Assembly (NCBI RefSeq): GCF_009914755.1
Contig: NC_060934.1
Direction: 5' to 3' (one strand)
Length of the DNA: 64,000 bases
Source: the human T2T-CHM13v2.0 reference genome, Homo sapiens
The translations under genes were made by a program, and so were the position numbers. Below the pieces are notes generated by a model, which saw only the letters and a program-made list of their open reading frames with translations, had not been told where the DNA came from and did not search any database. This document shows positions 30,939 through 44,869 of the stretch, in pieces (position 1 is the stretch's first letter; every line of letters begins with the position of its first letter).

Positions 30939-31377
30939 TGTATTCATTTCCTAGGAATGCTGTAACAAATAACCAACAACTAGGGGGCTTACATACTCTC
31001 TCACAGTTCTAGAGGACAGAAGTTCAAAATCATGATGTTGACAGGACCATACTCTCTCTGAAGGTTCTAGGATCCATCCCTGCCTCTTCCTAGCTTCTGG
31101 TTGTTACCAGCAATCTTGACATTCCACGGCTGGTGGATGCACCATTCCAATCACAGGGCATTCAACCTGTGCGTCTTCACATCACCTTCCCTCTGTTTAT
31201 GCGGCCGAACTTCCATCTTCTTGTAAAGACACTAGTCATTGGATTAGGGCCTACCCTAATCCAACACAACTTTACCTTACTTTGATTACATCTACAAACA
31301 CTCTATTGCCAAATACAACCCCATTTTCAAGGATCAAGGTAGGTATGTACATTTGGAAGACACTTCAACTCAGAATA
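30939..31377 (-). mobile_element. MLT1C-like MaLR LTR
   Basis: tgtattcatttcctagg...gctgtaacaaata...ctctcacagttctagagg...cattggattagggcc. Confidence 0.85.
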
Positions 31378-31397
31378 ATCTGTTTTTATACTATATT

Positions 31398-31780
31398 CAG
31401 GGGTCCCCAACCCCCAGGCCATGGACTGGTACTAGTCTGTGACCCTTTAGGAACCAGGCCGCACAGCAGGAGGTAAGCAGCAGGTGAGTGAGCAAAGCTT
31501 AATCTGTATTTACAGCTGCTCCCCAAGGCTCAAATGACCACCTGAGCTCCACCTCCTGTCAGGTCAGCGGTGGCATTAGATTCTCATAGGAGCATGAATC
31601 CTATTGTCAGCTGTGCATACGAGGGATCTGGGTTGTGTGCTCTTTATGAAAATATAATGCCTGATGGTTTGAGGTGGAACAGTCTCACCCCAAAACAATC
31701 CCCCAACCCCCTAGTCCATGGAAAAATTTCCTCCATGAAATGAAACCAGTCCCTGGTGCCAAAAAATTTGGGGACTGCTG
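31398..31780 (+). mobile_element. MER1 (hAT-Charlie MITE)
   Basis: caggggtccccaa...ttggggactgctg terminal inverted repeats. Confidence 0.9.
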
Positions 31781-31782
31781 AT

Positions 31783-31860
31783 ATGTGTGTGAGTGTGTGT
31801 ATGTGTGTGTGTGTGTGTGTGTGTGTATACTATATTATACTGTATATGTAATATATATAT
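31783..31860. repeat. (TG)n microsatellite followed by TA-rich low complexity
   Basis: Directly visible. Confidence 0.9.
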
Positions 31861-31954
31861 TCCCTGTGCTTTGTAGAAAAGTAATATAATTTGTTTGCAC
31901 CAAAATCCAGTTTATGCTCCCGTGAGGAAAATATTGTCCCCATTGAAGACAGAA

Positions 31955-32172
31955 GTAGGCACAGTGGGGCTGTAGGTCAAATCTGGCCTGCCACTTACTT
32001 TTGTAAAATGTCTTATTTGCACATTCCCATGTCATTTATTTACATATAGTTTATGGCTGCTTCTGGACCGTATCTACAGGGCTGAGTAGTTGCCACAAAG
32101 ACTATCTGGCTCACCAAGCCTGAAATATTTACCATTTGGCCTCTTACAGAAAAAAAAGGTTTGTCATACCTT
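31955..32172 (+). mobile_element. MER58A-like hAT-Charlie element
   Basis: ggtcaaatctggcctgcc...tttatggctgcttc...atatttaccatttggcctcttacagaaaa...gtttg. Confidence 0.8.
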
Positions 32173-32747
32173 GCTCTATATCAGGACTGAGAAATGGATG
32201 TGGAAAAGTTCGTCAGCTCACAGACTGACAACTTATCACATGATATCTTGGCATTATGATTTCATAATATTCATAGGGCCTAGGGTATTGTCATACCAGG
32301 TGTTCATTACTGTGGAACAAAGGAAATTCAGCAGAGGCCAAGCTGATTCCAGAAGGCTATTTAGGTTGAAGGGTGTTTTTAGATATTATGAGCTTATTTG
32401 GATTTGATCAGGATCAAGGGTTTTAATATCAGGAGAAGCAAGAAGTATCACAATGTAAGAAAATTGAATGTAAAGTCTGGGTATTTTGCTAAGATAGGAA
32501 AAGGGAAAGCTTTGGTTAAAAAACATAGGCAGAAACCATGAAGCAAAGATAAGCTGATGTTAATAAAGCCATAATTGGCAAAAAGACAATAGTATTACTA
32601 GGTAGCATTTATATAAAATAATTTTTTTGGATGTTCTAAGATCTTTCCACGCACTATTAAATTCTCAAACACAAGGAGCTGAATATCATTTTAATCATAA
32701 AAACATTAGCAATAACAGAAAAAAGATTCAGCATTTTTTGACCACTC

Positions 32748-33547
32748 TGAGGCCAAGCAAAACAAAACAAAACTTGTGTTCGCTCATCTCACCCAATAGT
32801 CAACACTAAAGACCTCTGTGACTGGTTTATGTGGATTTTATTTTCCACACACCAAGCAAGCAATCAGTTCTGCAGTGGACACCAGCTGGGTGTCCTCTAA
32901 TTCAATGCAATTCTGATACAATCTACCTGGAGGTAGCGTCAGATCCCACAGGTTGAGGGCTCAATCTCCAAGATTGCCCTCTCCTTTTGATGCCAATCAC
33001 AAGCTCTAGGTGGCTTTACCTGTGCTTCTGACCAGGTTGCTGTAAATCGGGGTTGGGTGAATTTGCTAGAGCAGCTCACAGAACTCAGGGAAACACTTAC
33101 TTACATTTAGGTTTATTAGAAGGGATATTACAATGGATACAGATGAAGGATGCATGGGACGAAGTATGGGGCAAGGGGTGTGAAGCTTCCATGCCCTCCC
33201 AGGGTGCAACCCCCTCCAGAAACCTCCACATGCTCAGCTATCCAGAAGCTCTCTGAACCCTGTCCTGTTGAGTTTCTATGGAGGTTTTCATTACATAGGT
33301 GTGACTATTTAAACCATTGGCCATTGGTGAAACCTTCGATGTCTTCCCTCTTCCCAGAGGTTCTGCTGAAATTCCCAACCTTCTAATTGTGCCTTGGCCT
33401 TTCTGGTAAGCAGCCACATCCTGAAGCTCTCTAGGGGCTTCCAGCCACAAGCCAACTTATTAACATACACAAAGGCACTACTTTGAGGATTTTAGAAGTT
33501 GTCTGCCAGGAAACAGGGTCAAGACTAAATATATGTTTCATATCACA
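32748..33547 (-). mobile_element. MER21-family solo LTR
   Basis: Reverse complement starts tgtgatatgaaacatatatttagtcttgaccctgtttcctggca; internal gtggacaccagctgggtgtcc. Confidence 0.8.
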
Positions 33548-33599
33548 ACCCTCTACTCTGCAATATAACCAAAGCTTAATAATACTGTCTCAAAACCGG

Positions 33600-33740
33600 C
33601 AACTTATTTCTCTCCATTTTACTGATGGGAAACTGATGCCCAGTGAAGGTATTTGCACAATATTAGAAACATACTCAGGAAGTGGCAAAACCCCATCTTT
33701 GAACCCAAGTTTGTCTGACACTAAAATAGATTTGCTTCAT
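33600..33740 (-). mobile_element. MIR fragment
   Basis: ccattttactgatgggaaactga...tttgaacccaagtttgtctgac. Confidence 0.7.
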
Positions 33741-34362
33741 TTTTTTTCAGATGCACACCAGGGGTATAGACAGACAAGCAGAATACACGGTTCAGGAAGT
33801 CAATAAAAGTAGAACAAAGTGACAAAAAGGATGGCAAGAGGGAAAAGTATTGCGATTTCTTTTTTTAGAATAAGGATCCTTTCCAACTTGCTGTTATCTT
33901 CCACCCCCTGCATGAGCTTCTGCATGAGCTTCCAAACTCTCGCAGGTATGCGTTTGTATATATTGATAAATTCCAATTAAAATAACAGATAAAGACATCA
34001 GCTTCCTGTTGAGGACTTCATAGAGTTACGATTTTTTTTTTTTTTTACATCTGATCAAATGACATCTACTGATAGGGTTTTATACTAATAAAAAATTTTA
34101 ACTGAAATAGAAATACCCAATTCTGCCCCACCATCAATATCTCATCAGGAAAAACATAAAACATTAGCTCTTAAATAAATTTATTTAGCACATACTGAAT
34201 ATTCGTACTGTCCCTGATAGCTGACCCTGCCCTTCCCTGTTGGGCACAGGCCTGGAGAAGTTCATTTCCACTGGGCCAATCCAAAAGGAATGATGGAGTG
34301 GGAAGGTGAGCATCTCTTACCTGTGTCTGATAACTACATCAACCTTATAATGCCTCTGGGAG

Positions 34363-34493
34363 TTTTGTTTTGTTATAAAGTTGAGGTCTTACTATGTTGC
34401 CTAGGCTTGCTTCAAACTCCTGGCCTCAAGTAATCCTCCCACCTTGGCCTCCCAAAGTGCTGGGATTACAAGTGTGAGCCACCACACCCAGCC
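34363..34493 (-). mobile_element. FLAM / single Alu left monomer
   Basis: One arm only: ggtcttactatgttgcctaggct...gagccaccacacccagcc; flanks cctctgggag/cctttgggag. Confidence 0.85.
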
Positions 34494-34515
34494 TCCTTTG
34501 GGAGGGTTAAATCAG

Positions 34516-34708
34516 AATATATATATAGAGAGAGTAATATTATATAATGTATATATATAAAATGTATATATACATCCTATCTTGTGCCAAGAATTCCTCC
34601 ATATACTTTATATATACAACATATTACATATATAATATAACATGTTATATTATATATATTATATGTATATATAACAAGTTTTTTATATATTTATATATAT
34701 ATATAAAA
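34516..34708. repeat. TA-rich degenerate microsatellite
   Basis: Directly visible. Confidence 0.85.
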
Positions 34709-34710
34709 TA

Positions 34711-35171
34711 ATCCTAATCCTAATCCTCAAAACCTGTGAATATGTGACCTCAAATGGTAAAAGGGACCTTGCAGATGTGATTGAGTTAAGGATCTTGAGT
34801 TGGAGAGATTGTTCTGGATTGACAGGTGGTGCCCATGAAGTCACAAGGTTCTTATAAAAGAAAGGGGGAGCCAGGAAATATGTAAAGACAAGAGTTGAGA
34901 ATGAACCAGAGGCAGCATGAAAACGACTTAACCAGCCACTTTTGGCTCTGGAGGCAGGGGAAGGACCATGAGCCATGGACTGCAGGTGGCCTGTAGAAGC
35001 TGAAAAAGGCAAGGAAGGCACTTGTCTTGTAGAGACTCCAGAAGTAACACCGCCCTGCTGACTCCTTGATTTTTACCATTGTAAACTTCAGACCTCCATA
35101 TTGTAAGATAATAAATGCGTGTTACTTTGAGCTACCAAGTTTGTGGAAAGCAGCAATAAGAAATGAATACA
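34711..35171 (+). mobile_element. MLT1D MaLR LTR
   Basis: cctaatcctcaaaacctgtgaatatgtgacc...gcagatgtgattgagttaaggatcttgag...gaataca. Confidence 0.88.
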
Positions 35172-35798
35172 AGCCATCTGTATACTCTCCCAGGACATGT
35201 CAACAGACATCATATCCCCAACCTTCTTCACTGTTCACTTAGATGCCCCCTGATTCCCCTTCTCACACCTGAGAGAGATGGAAGATTGCCCTTTACAACT
35301 CCAAATGCAATTTGTATTACTAAGCAGGAGGCCATTGAGTGTGACACTTTTGAACAAAATTAGTCCGCTGAGGTCCAGATTGCCAAATTCTTTGCCAAAT
35401 AGGTGGTCTGATGTACTGCTAAATAGGTGGTCTTATGTACTACTTTGTCCAGAGGAAAAACATTGCAGACCTGGATGCATGCACTGCTTCCAGAACACAC
35501 CCTGTAGCCCTGACTCTAACTTTAGTATTGTGCATGGCTATATATTCATTTCAGGAGACAAAATACTATTACCTCCTCCCTCTTCCAAGACTGCATGCTG
35601 AAAGATATGAAAAGAAATGTAGTTAGGGTAAAATAGGCGGAGATGAAAACGTAGAAAGACAGCATTTCTGGCTACTTCACAGTTTAGTTCCCACACCATG
35701 GAGATGACAGGAAAGGCACGGGAACTCCTGGATTTCTGCTTATTGTAGCCCCAAAACTACACCAAACAGTAAAGCAGGCCAGAGCCTTATTTAATTAG

Positions 35799-36213
<415 letters not shown>

Positions 36214-36664
36214 TAGCCTTTGTTCCTAGTGCTCTTTTACATTTTCTTTATAAAAAATACCCTCATGGAAAGGTGAAAGGAGACATATCAGTCACTATTA
36301 TATCATCCTAAGCCACAGTTACCTCCCTTTATTTGAATTTATTTTTAAAGCCAAGGGAAGCATTTTTGTGCATGACAGAAATTTGTATGAAATAATCCTG
36401 CTAAAAACTTAGGATTCGAACAATTGTGTTCACTCATGTCATTCTGTAAATTCTGGAGCTATTATTACATTGGAAACTTGTTATTACATTTCTGCACTTA
36501 AAGCAGAACTAGGTATACAGTGAGTTTGTTTTGGATGACTTCCAAAAGCTTTCATTTCTGAAGAAAAAAAAAATCTGTGTATCAGCCACAGATAGATTGG
36601 CTTTCGTAGGATTTCTTTGTCATGACTGAGGTGCATCTGCCCATTCCATTCCATTTCTCTATAA

Positions 36665-36890
36665 CAGGCTTTCTCCATCTTGGTACAGTTGACATTTTGG
36701 CAGAAATGGATAATTCCTTGTCATGGGGAGCTGTCCTCTGCATTGTGGAAAGTTTATCAGCATCCCTGGCCTTTTCACACAAGATGCTAGGAGCACCCAC
36801 CCCCACCATCAAATAATAACAACAGAAAATGTCTCTAGATATTGATGGTGTCCCCTAGGAAGCAAAATTATCCCTGGTTGAAAACTGCTG
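36665..36890 (+). mobile_element. MER20 hAT-Charlie element
   Basis: gacattttgg...gataattcctt...cagcatccctggcc...aatgtctctagatattg...ctggttgaaaactgctg. Confidence 0.85.
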
Positions 36891-36959
36891 CTGTCTGAAA
36901 ATGAGGATCAAAAGGAAATGACGGTTTTGATAGGTCTTGATTCCATTCTGACACTGCCA

Positions 36960-37324
36960 CTTGAAGGTATGTGCTAGCCACGGAGAGAAAATGCCTCTGA
37001 GTGAAATGAGAACATTGTTAATTAAACCCTGTAACACATTGGAACCTTGCAGAGCTTCATGCATGGGGGGCGGGAGATCCATTTCCTTTCCTACTTCACC
37101 AGAGACTGGCTGGGAACTGGCAGCTCTAGCGAGCGCAGTGATCAGCAAAGATGTGCACCAGCGGGTTTTCAAATGACAGTAGTGCCAGGTGGCTCAGGGC
37201 AGAGCCCAGACCAGCTGCAGCTGTGGTAATCACCAGTAGTGAGTCAGAGCTGTGGAAGCAAGCATTACCAGTGATGGTACGGTGAAGGTTCTAACACAGA
37301 GACAGAGCTTGCCTAAAGGTAAGT
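36960..37324 (+). promoter_or_regulatory. Candidate promoter/first exon or enhancer
   Basis: Non-repeat, GC-richer patch with GC box (37067-75), tandem E-boxes (37212-23), AP-1 site (37240-46) and consensus donor AAG|GTAAGT at 37318|37319; motif-only evidence. Confidence 0.3.
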
Positions 37325-39188
37325 TTCTAAGGCATATAGAAATGTGTGGCTAGTGGAATCTTAGAATGGCCCAAGTGAGCTGCGGTTCCACATTGAACTT
37401 AGACCAGCAGAAGAGTTGGCTTGGAGGAGAAACAGGGGCAAAGGGTCAGGAGAGCAATTCACATCAATGCTAAGGATGGGTGATCACTGCCTCAAGTAGC
37501 TGAGAAATATTTGAAGGGATGGAAGGAGTTACTTTAAGGAGAGTTTTCATCCTGGATAAATAAGAAGAGAGAATTTAAAAAGCAAGATTTGTGCATTAAA
37601 ATTAAAATGGGCTCATTTGAATCCTTAGGCTAATGAGAACTCAGAAAAGGTAGGGTTGTGAGCAAATCAATGAACCGTTACTTAAAATGTGTATTTTTAG
37701 GCACTGTAAGTGCTACAAATAAATGAATATGGTAGTTAGTGCTATTAATAAAAAAAGAAAGTCCTAGAAAAAATTTTAGTGACTTTTCAGTTCATTTCAT
37801 GTTTGCCAAAAAAAAAAAAAAATCCAAATTGATTAGTAACCCATGGTTTTATATCTTTCTTCATTTTAATAAGTCAATTCTTAAATGGACTTATGGCCCT
37901 ATTCTATCAGTATCTATTTGAAGTTCACTTACATACATAAATGTAGTTATTTATCGGTAATTAGTTATTCATGAGATGTGGCGTATGTAGCTTAATATGT
38001 AATTAAAATACAATGGGCTCAAACATGACATGTTAAGAAAATATATTAAAGTGTTCAAATAAGTTAGGAAAATCACAGCTAATCAACCTCGCTTAGCACA
38101 TACTACCAACTATTTAAGTGCTTAATAGGAATCATTAACAAGGAGTGCAAATACTGTAAATGCAAATGGTGGTGATGTGAGGCTTCTTAATATGGCATAG
38201 TGGCTGTACATGGTTTATTTCCCTCTACTTTGCTAAATTCAACTAAAATAACAGTAATATAATAATAAGGGCATAAATTCACAAAGGCAAAGAAATAGGG
38301 GGAAGAAATCACAACAGTGATAAGTGATTTTAACAATTTGCAAGATGGAAGAATAACTGGTTGGTTTAGAAAAGAAGTTATAACCTATGTGACTACAGAG
38401 GTGAAACCAGTAAGAGGCAACTCCCTTTTTTCTCATGGAATGCCCAGATGCTTAGGAACTGGAAACCTGATTTACCTCAGAAGCAGTAAGCCAGGTGCTA
38501 AATAAAAACATAGAAATGGTTGAAAATAGGGATATGTAATGCTTAGACCAGATGGCTACTCATTCTGTTGGCAGGAGAGAGAAAATTTGAGGAAAAGTGT
38601 TTGGGAGTTCGGTGATATCAGAGAGGGTTTACAAGGAGAAGTGGGAGAAGAAAAGACAGGTGTTGAAAAAAAAACTAAGTGAAAATCTACATAGGAGACA
38701 ACTGGGCTCCCAGCTACTTTCCTCCACCCACTTCTAGAATGGAAGTGGCTGGGATTCTAGCTCACCTTAACCAGGTGAGCACAGCACAGCATCTGAGTAC
38801 TAGGGAAACTAAACTACCCCAGTAAAGGGGACTTATGCATATTAACAATTACATTTTATTCTCAGTAAAAAAGCTAGACACTAGCGTATCACACATTCAC
38901 ACTATTATAAGCCCAGGAATCAATAATCCTTGACCACTTACAAGTAAATTCCAATTCGATTTTTAGTGTCTCACTCTGAAAAAGGATTTTCAGGTTTTTG
39001 AGTATAGAAAAATAGAAGCAGCATAAGGATCTAAACAAGGTAGAAGAAATAGAGACAATAATGGGGAGAGGAAAGTATCAAAAAAGCCAAACGCAATTAC
39101 TGTCATTAAAGAGACAAGATACAAGTATAAATTACTCTGAAGAAAAGAAACAAGAATGAACTTCTGGTAATTAAAAATAGAATACTTG

Positions 39189-40680
39189 AGTCTTCTGCTT
39201 CCAGGAAGATGAATTAGATGTGTTTTTTTTTCCCTACATCCCCCTTCTAACTACAACTAAATGTTCTGGATGTTATATATTTAATAAATGAAAGAGGACT
39301 CTGAAATGTGGAGAGAAGGCTGGCTGGTTAGGGAGCTGAAAACTCAAGGAAGAACACAGTGGTGAACTTCCTACATTTGCTTTGTCTCATGTATCTCAGA
39401 CTAGGTGTTGAAGCTGGCAAACAGCAAATGTCAACAGGTGCAGAAAAATAAAGAGCCCCCCAAAATCTTTCTAGCCAAAGGGTGGGAAAGAGGGAGCTTA
39501 AGAAAACAGAAGATTTTTAGACAATAACTGCTCTGCTCCAGACAAACACCACAGAGAAACTGCAGTCCTTGCCAGCAAAGGCCACATGGAGCTCAGCCCT
39601 TCCCCTTCATCAGAATATAACAGAGTATTTCCAACCCCCATGGTGTCAGTGGTGAGCATGCCTGGAAGACTGGACTTCCGCCCCCATCCAGTGGTTATGA
39701 GGTACCCCTTCCTCTCTCTACTGGGGAAGTGTCATTGGAAGGCTGGTGGAGAGTGAAGGAATTTACCATCTCTTAGCAAAACCACACAATGAATGAGACA
39801 TATTTAAAATCGAATGAGAAAAGACCATTTAACAAACTTCAACACTAAGATGAAATCGATGTTAAAGTTATCTGACAAAGATTAAAGTAGACAATAAAAA
39901 TGTTTCCCATTGGCCATTTACAAACAGAAATGAGACAAATTAAAAAATAGGAAGTATCAGCAAAGAAGCAGAAAGTGCCAGGAAAAAAAATTACCCAACG
40001 GCAGAGTTACAATATACGTAAAACAAAAACTGAGGCAAATAACATCCCTCTTTCAACAATTGGTAGAACAATTAGAAAGACAGTACAATTATAGAATAAT
40101 TTAACAATTCTGTCAGCCAATAGAATTTAATCCACATTATAGAACACTCCATCTAACAACAACAAAAAATACATTTTTGTCAAGCGCCCACTAACATACA
40201 GCAAGGTGTATCTATACATCTGGTAACATACACCAGATCATACCCCGGGCCATAAAACAAGCATTAACCAATTTTTTAAAAATTTAAAGCATACAGAGTA
40301 TGTGCTATGAGTATAGGGAGATAAAACTAAAGATCAGTAACCAAAACATAACAGGAACATATCCAAACTAAACACTACACTTCTAAATAATCTATAGGTC
40401 AGGGAAGAATTCTAAAGGGTAACACAAGAGAAATCTTTGCGATAATGAAATAATTCTGTATATTGATTGTGGTGGCAATTTTACAAACCTACACATGTAA
40501 TAAAATCACTTAGACCTACCTGCACACATTGCACAGATGCTAAACTCCTAGTTTAGATCTTGTACTTTAATTAGGTAAGATAGAAACATTGGAAAAATTA
40601 GGATAAATTGTGCTCAGATACCTGTGTACTATCTTTGTAACTTCTGTGAATCTATGCATATTTCAAAATAAATATTAAGA
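39189..40680 (+). mobile_element. L1MD-like element: 5'UTR, EN remnant and 3' end with large internal deletions
   Basis: cttctgcttccaggaagatg 5' start; tatagaacactccatctaacaac; ctgtgtactatctttgtaacttctgtgaatcta 3' end. Confidence 0.7.
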
Positions 40681-42414
40681 AAAATAGAATAGTGTCCTCA
40701 CTTTCATTTTTAAGAGTTGTAACATAAAACTAAGGATGACTCTTGAAAAGAAGGGACAGAAAAATGGAAAGTGGGAAGAAAAGGATAAAAAATTATGGAT
40801 CTATCTCAGAAATAAACATCCCATTTAGTAGGAATTATGGAAACATAGGGCATGAAAAACAGCTGGGAAGGAATCATTGATAAAATAACACTAAAAAATT
40901 CCCTGAACTTAAAGGTTCTAAAACTTAAACTCTTACAGATTCCCAGATATATTGAGTACTCACCATAATAATTTTTTTTAAAAAAGCAAGCTGTTAGATT
41001 ATTGTAAACCATCAGAGAGTCAGATTACAAAAAGATAAACAGAGTTATCTGAAAATGACACTGGGGATTCAGATATCCTGAAGCGATAATGCTTTGTCTT
41101 CTTTAATTCTCTGGAGCAATTAAAATGTTGTAAATTATATTATCAGCAGACATAGATGGAAAATGAAGTCAAAGCTGTATTTCTGTATTGCTTTTCTTTT
41201 TTATGTAGTGGGTGAAGGTGAGACCTATTGTAGTATCCACAGATTTGTGTGGTGGATACATAGAATACCAATCACCCTTGGTATTCTATGAATATCGAAA
41301 TAGGCCTCTTGCCTTTAGTACTATTTCCAATATCTTTTAGATCAGGTCATATATAATTCAGGAGCAAATATTTTTATGCATAGAGTAACCAAATATTTTT
41401 CTTTGCTTTTTTGGTCTGGCCTCATCTCTGTATTTTCTACATACATATGAGCATTTTAATTAATCACTACATTGCTGTCTTGATAATGACTTGAGAATAT
41501 AACCTAACATGAAAGAGTGAAAGTGAAATTGAGAAGACAAGGTAAAAAGGAAAGGTTAAAAAATGTAAATAAATCTACTAGTTTAAATACAGAAATAAAA
41601 GCAGAAATTTTAAAAGATGGGTTGGCACATGCTGGCCAATCCAGAAGAAATATAAATATTAAAATTTACCCTTAGAAAACAAAAGCACAACATTTCCAAG
41701 ATTATGTGTGGCATATAAATACATAAAATACAGGATTTAATTTGTCTTTCTACAAATAAAAAGCTTCTTAAGTTCAAAGAATTAAAATCTGAATATTTAC
41801 ATGAAGAGCTAAATTTATATTCAACATTTATTGCCTAGGGTTCTGGTAATATTATTATGATACATACAATATATATGCATATAAAATTTGAATATACAGG
41901 ATTTACACCACAGAAGATTACAATGCCAAAGAGGATTTCAGTATTTATGAAGCCAATAATTTCAGTTTAAAAGCTTGGTAAATATATTTATAGACACAAT
42001 CAGGTTAGAATCTGTATTGCAAACAGCAGTTCCATGTGAAATAACCTAATAAACTTTAAATGTGGGAACATAATTTTACTTTCCATTATAATAATAGGTT
42101 AAACATCAGATTTAGGGAGGTTTTTAAAAACATATCAAGGAGGATTTTGTTTTTTAAATTGTGTTCAATGGATTGATAAATAATTCTAGAGGCCGTTAAA
42201 TTTCATTACGATAATACAAATTTTGAAGACTTTTTTACACCACAAGGCAGTAAAATATTGGGCATATAAGTCATGCAGATATCAAGAACTAATTTAAGAA
42301 TGAAGAACTGCCACTAGAAACATTTAATGCTTATACTAAGATTGTACAACAAGTTTCTATCAGAATTAAAAAGCAAAATTCTTGTTATCAAGAACATTGT
42401 TTAAGTAGAATTGC

Positions 42415-42815
42415 TCAGTTATTTTTTATAGCATCTGTGGTGGCAGAGAAAATGCATATATTCTTGAGCTTTATTTTCTTCATCTTTTGGACACTTGGCA
42501 AGATTGTATTTTCCACCTTTCCCTGTGATGACGTGAGACAGATGACTGAATTCTGAGAAATGAAATGTGGGTAGGTGATGCAAGCCATTGATAAGCTGTT
42601 CCCTAGCACTTCCCAAATATCTCTCCATGCCAACCGTGTGCCTCTCTCTGCAGATGGGGTGGCTGAACCCGCTATGGGAAATAGGTTTCCTGGATAACTG
42701 CAGCTCTGTTTCCTCCCACCTGCCATTCCTCTACACATATTTATGCTGATATGAACAAGAAATAAACCTTTTTCTCTTGTTTTTTGGTAGTTGGGCAATT
42801 ATTTGTTATCCTATT
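42415..42815 (+). mobile_element. Old MLT1 LTR fragment
   Basis: gatgactgaattctg...gaacaagaaataaacctt...atttgttat. Confidence 0.55.
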
Positions 42816-42879
42816 AGCTTCACTTGTAACCATCTCATTTATTTTGTAACAAAAAATACTTAAAACATTTTAATATAAC

Positions 42880-44368
42880 ATGCATCACACTGACACCCAC
42901 TAGGATGTCTATAAGCAAAAAGACAAATTATAGCAGGTATAGTCAGCACCATATAATTAACATGAACTGCATATTGTATGGTGGCCCCGTAAGATTACAA
43001 GGGAGTTGAACAATTTCTATTGCCTAGTGATGTTGCAGCCATCTTACTACAATAGTGCAAAGCATGCGTCACATGTTTGTGGGACTGTTGCTGCAATCAA
43101 AACTCCTGTGCTGCCAGTCATATAAAAGTCTATCACATAAAATTATGTAGGATATATGCTTGATAATGATAATAAATGACTATGTTACTGGCTTCTTTAC
43201 TATACTTTTTAATCCTTATTTTAGAGTGTACTTATTCAACTTAAAAAAAAAAATAAGTTAACTGTAACATAGCCTCAGGCAGGTCCTTCGGGGTATTCCG
43301 GAAGAAGCCATTGTTATCATAGACGAGGACAGCTCCATCCGTGTTTTTGCCTTTGAAGACCTTCTAGTGGGACAAGATGTGGATGTGGAAGATGGTGATA
43401 TTGATGATCCTCTCCTTGTGTAGGCCTGAGCTAATGTGTGTGTTTGTGTCTTAGTTTTTAACCAAAAAATTTAAAAAGTAAGAAAAAAAATGAACATAGG
43501 AAAAAGCTTATAGAATAAGACTATAAAGAAAGAAAATGGTTTTGTGCAGTTGTATATGTTTGTTTTAAGCTGTTATTATAAAAGAATCAAAAATTGTTTT
43601 AAAAAGTTTATAAAGTAAAAAATTTACAAGTTAAGATTAACAGATTATTACCAAATTTTAAAAAATGTTTAGCAATTGAGTGTAGCCTAAGTTTACAGTG
43701 TTTATAAAGTCTATGTTAGTATATATAATACCTTAGGCCTTCCCATTCACTCACCACTCACTCACTGACTCATCCAGGGCAACTTCCAGTTCTGCAAGCT
43801 CCATTCATGGTGAATGCCAGATACAGGTATATCATTTATTTTCTCTATCATATCTTTGATGTACCTTTTCTATGTCTAGACATATTTAGATACACAAATA
43901 CTTACAATTGTGTTATAATTGCCTGCATTATCCAGTACAGTCATATGCTGTACAGGTCTTTAGCCTAGGAGCAGCAGGCTATACCACATAGCTTAAGTAT
44001 GTAGTAGACTCCACCATCTAGATTTATGTAAATGCACTCTGTAATGTTCACACCATGATGAAATTGCCTAATGACGCATTCCTTAGAACATATCCTCATT
44101 GTTAAACAACACATAACTGTCCTGGCAAAGATGAGAAATTGGAATCCTCATGCATTGCTCCTGAGAATGGAAGCTGGGCCACCACATTGAAAACCAGCTT
44201 GGCAGTTCTTCAAAAAGTTCAACACTGAATTACCATATGATACTACAATCACACTGCTAGGTATATACCCAAAAGAAAAGAAAACATGCTGGTACAAATA
44301 CTTATGCATGCATCTTTATAACAGCATTATTCATAATAGCCAACAAGTGGAAACAACTCAGATGTTGG
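42880..44368 (+). mobile_element. L1MB/ME 3' fragment split by Tigger3b
   Basis: acacccactaggatg...caggta | ctggcaaagatgagaaattggaatcctcatgcattgct...ggtatatacccaaaagaa. Confidence 0.75.
42940..44119 (+). mobile_element. Tigger3b (Golem) DNA transposon, ~1.18 kb
   Basis: tagtcagcaccata...ggtggccccgtaagatta...attgcctagtgatg 5' end; catatcctcattgttaaacaacacataactg 3' end; TA at left flank. Confidence 0.9.
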
Positions 44369-44541
44369 AAAGAAAATATTTATCTATATGTGTGTGTGTG
44401 CACACGTGTGGTTGTCTTATTTCACTTAGCATAACATCCTCAAATTGCATCCACATTGCATTATATGACATGGTTTTCTTCTTTTTTAAATGAATGTTGT
44501 ATTGATTTTATACCCAGAAGCTTTGCTAAACTCTCTTACAA

Positions 44542-44612
44542 TTATGTTGGTGCAAAAGTAATTGCCATTACTTTTAATAGCAAAAACTGCAATTATTTTT
44601 GCACCAACCTAA
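44542..44612. mobile_element. MADE1 (Hsmar1-derived palindromic MITE)
   Basis: ttatgttggtgcaaaagtaattgc...gcaattatttttgcaccaacctaa; ~10-nt internal deletion. Confidence 0.9.
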
Positions 44613-44869
44613 TTATTTTCTAATAATTGATCTTTAGATTCTCTTGGCTTTTCTTCAGAGCCAATTACATCAATCTGCAAATAACCAAAGTTATGCTTTT
44701 CCTTTTTAATCTGTATGTCTTTTACTTGTCTTACGTATTGCACTGGTAAGGACCTTTAGTAACTTGTTACGTAGAAGTGTTAGTGGATATTCCTGTCTTC
44801 TTTCTGATCTTAAAAGGAATACTTTCAATACTTCACCATTAAATATGGTATTTAATATACTTTTTAATT

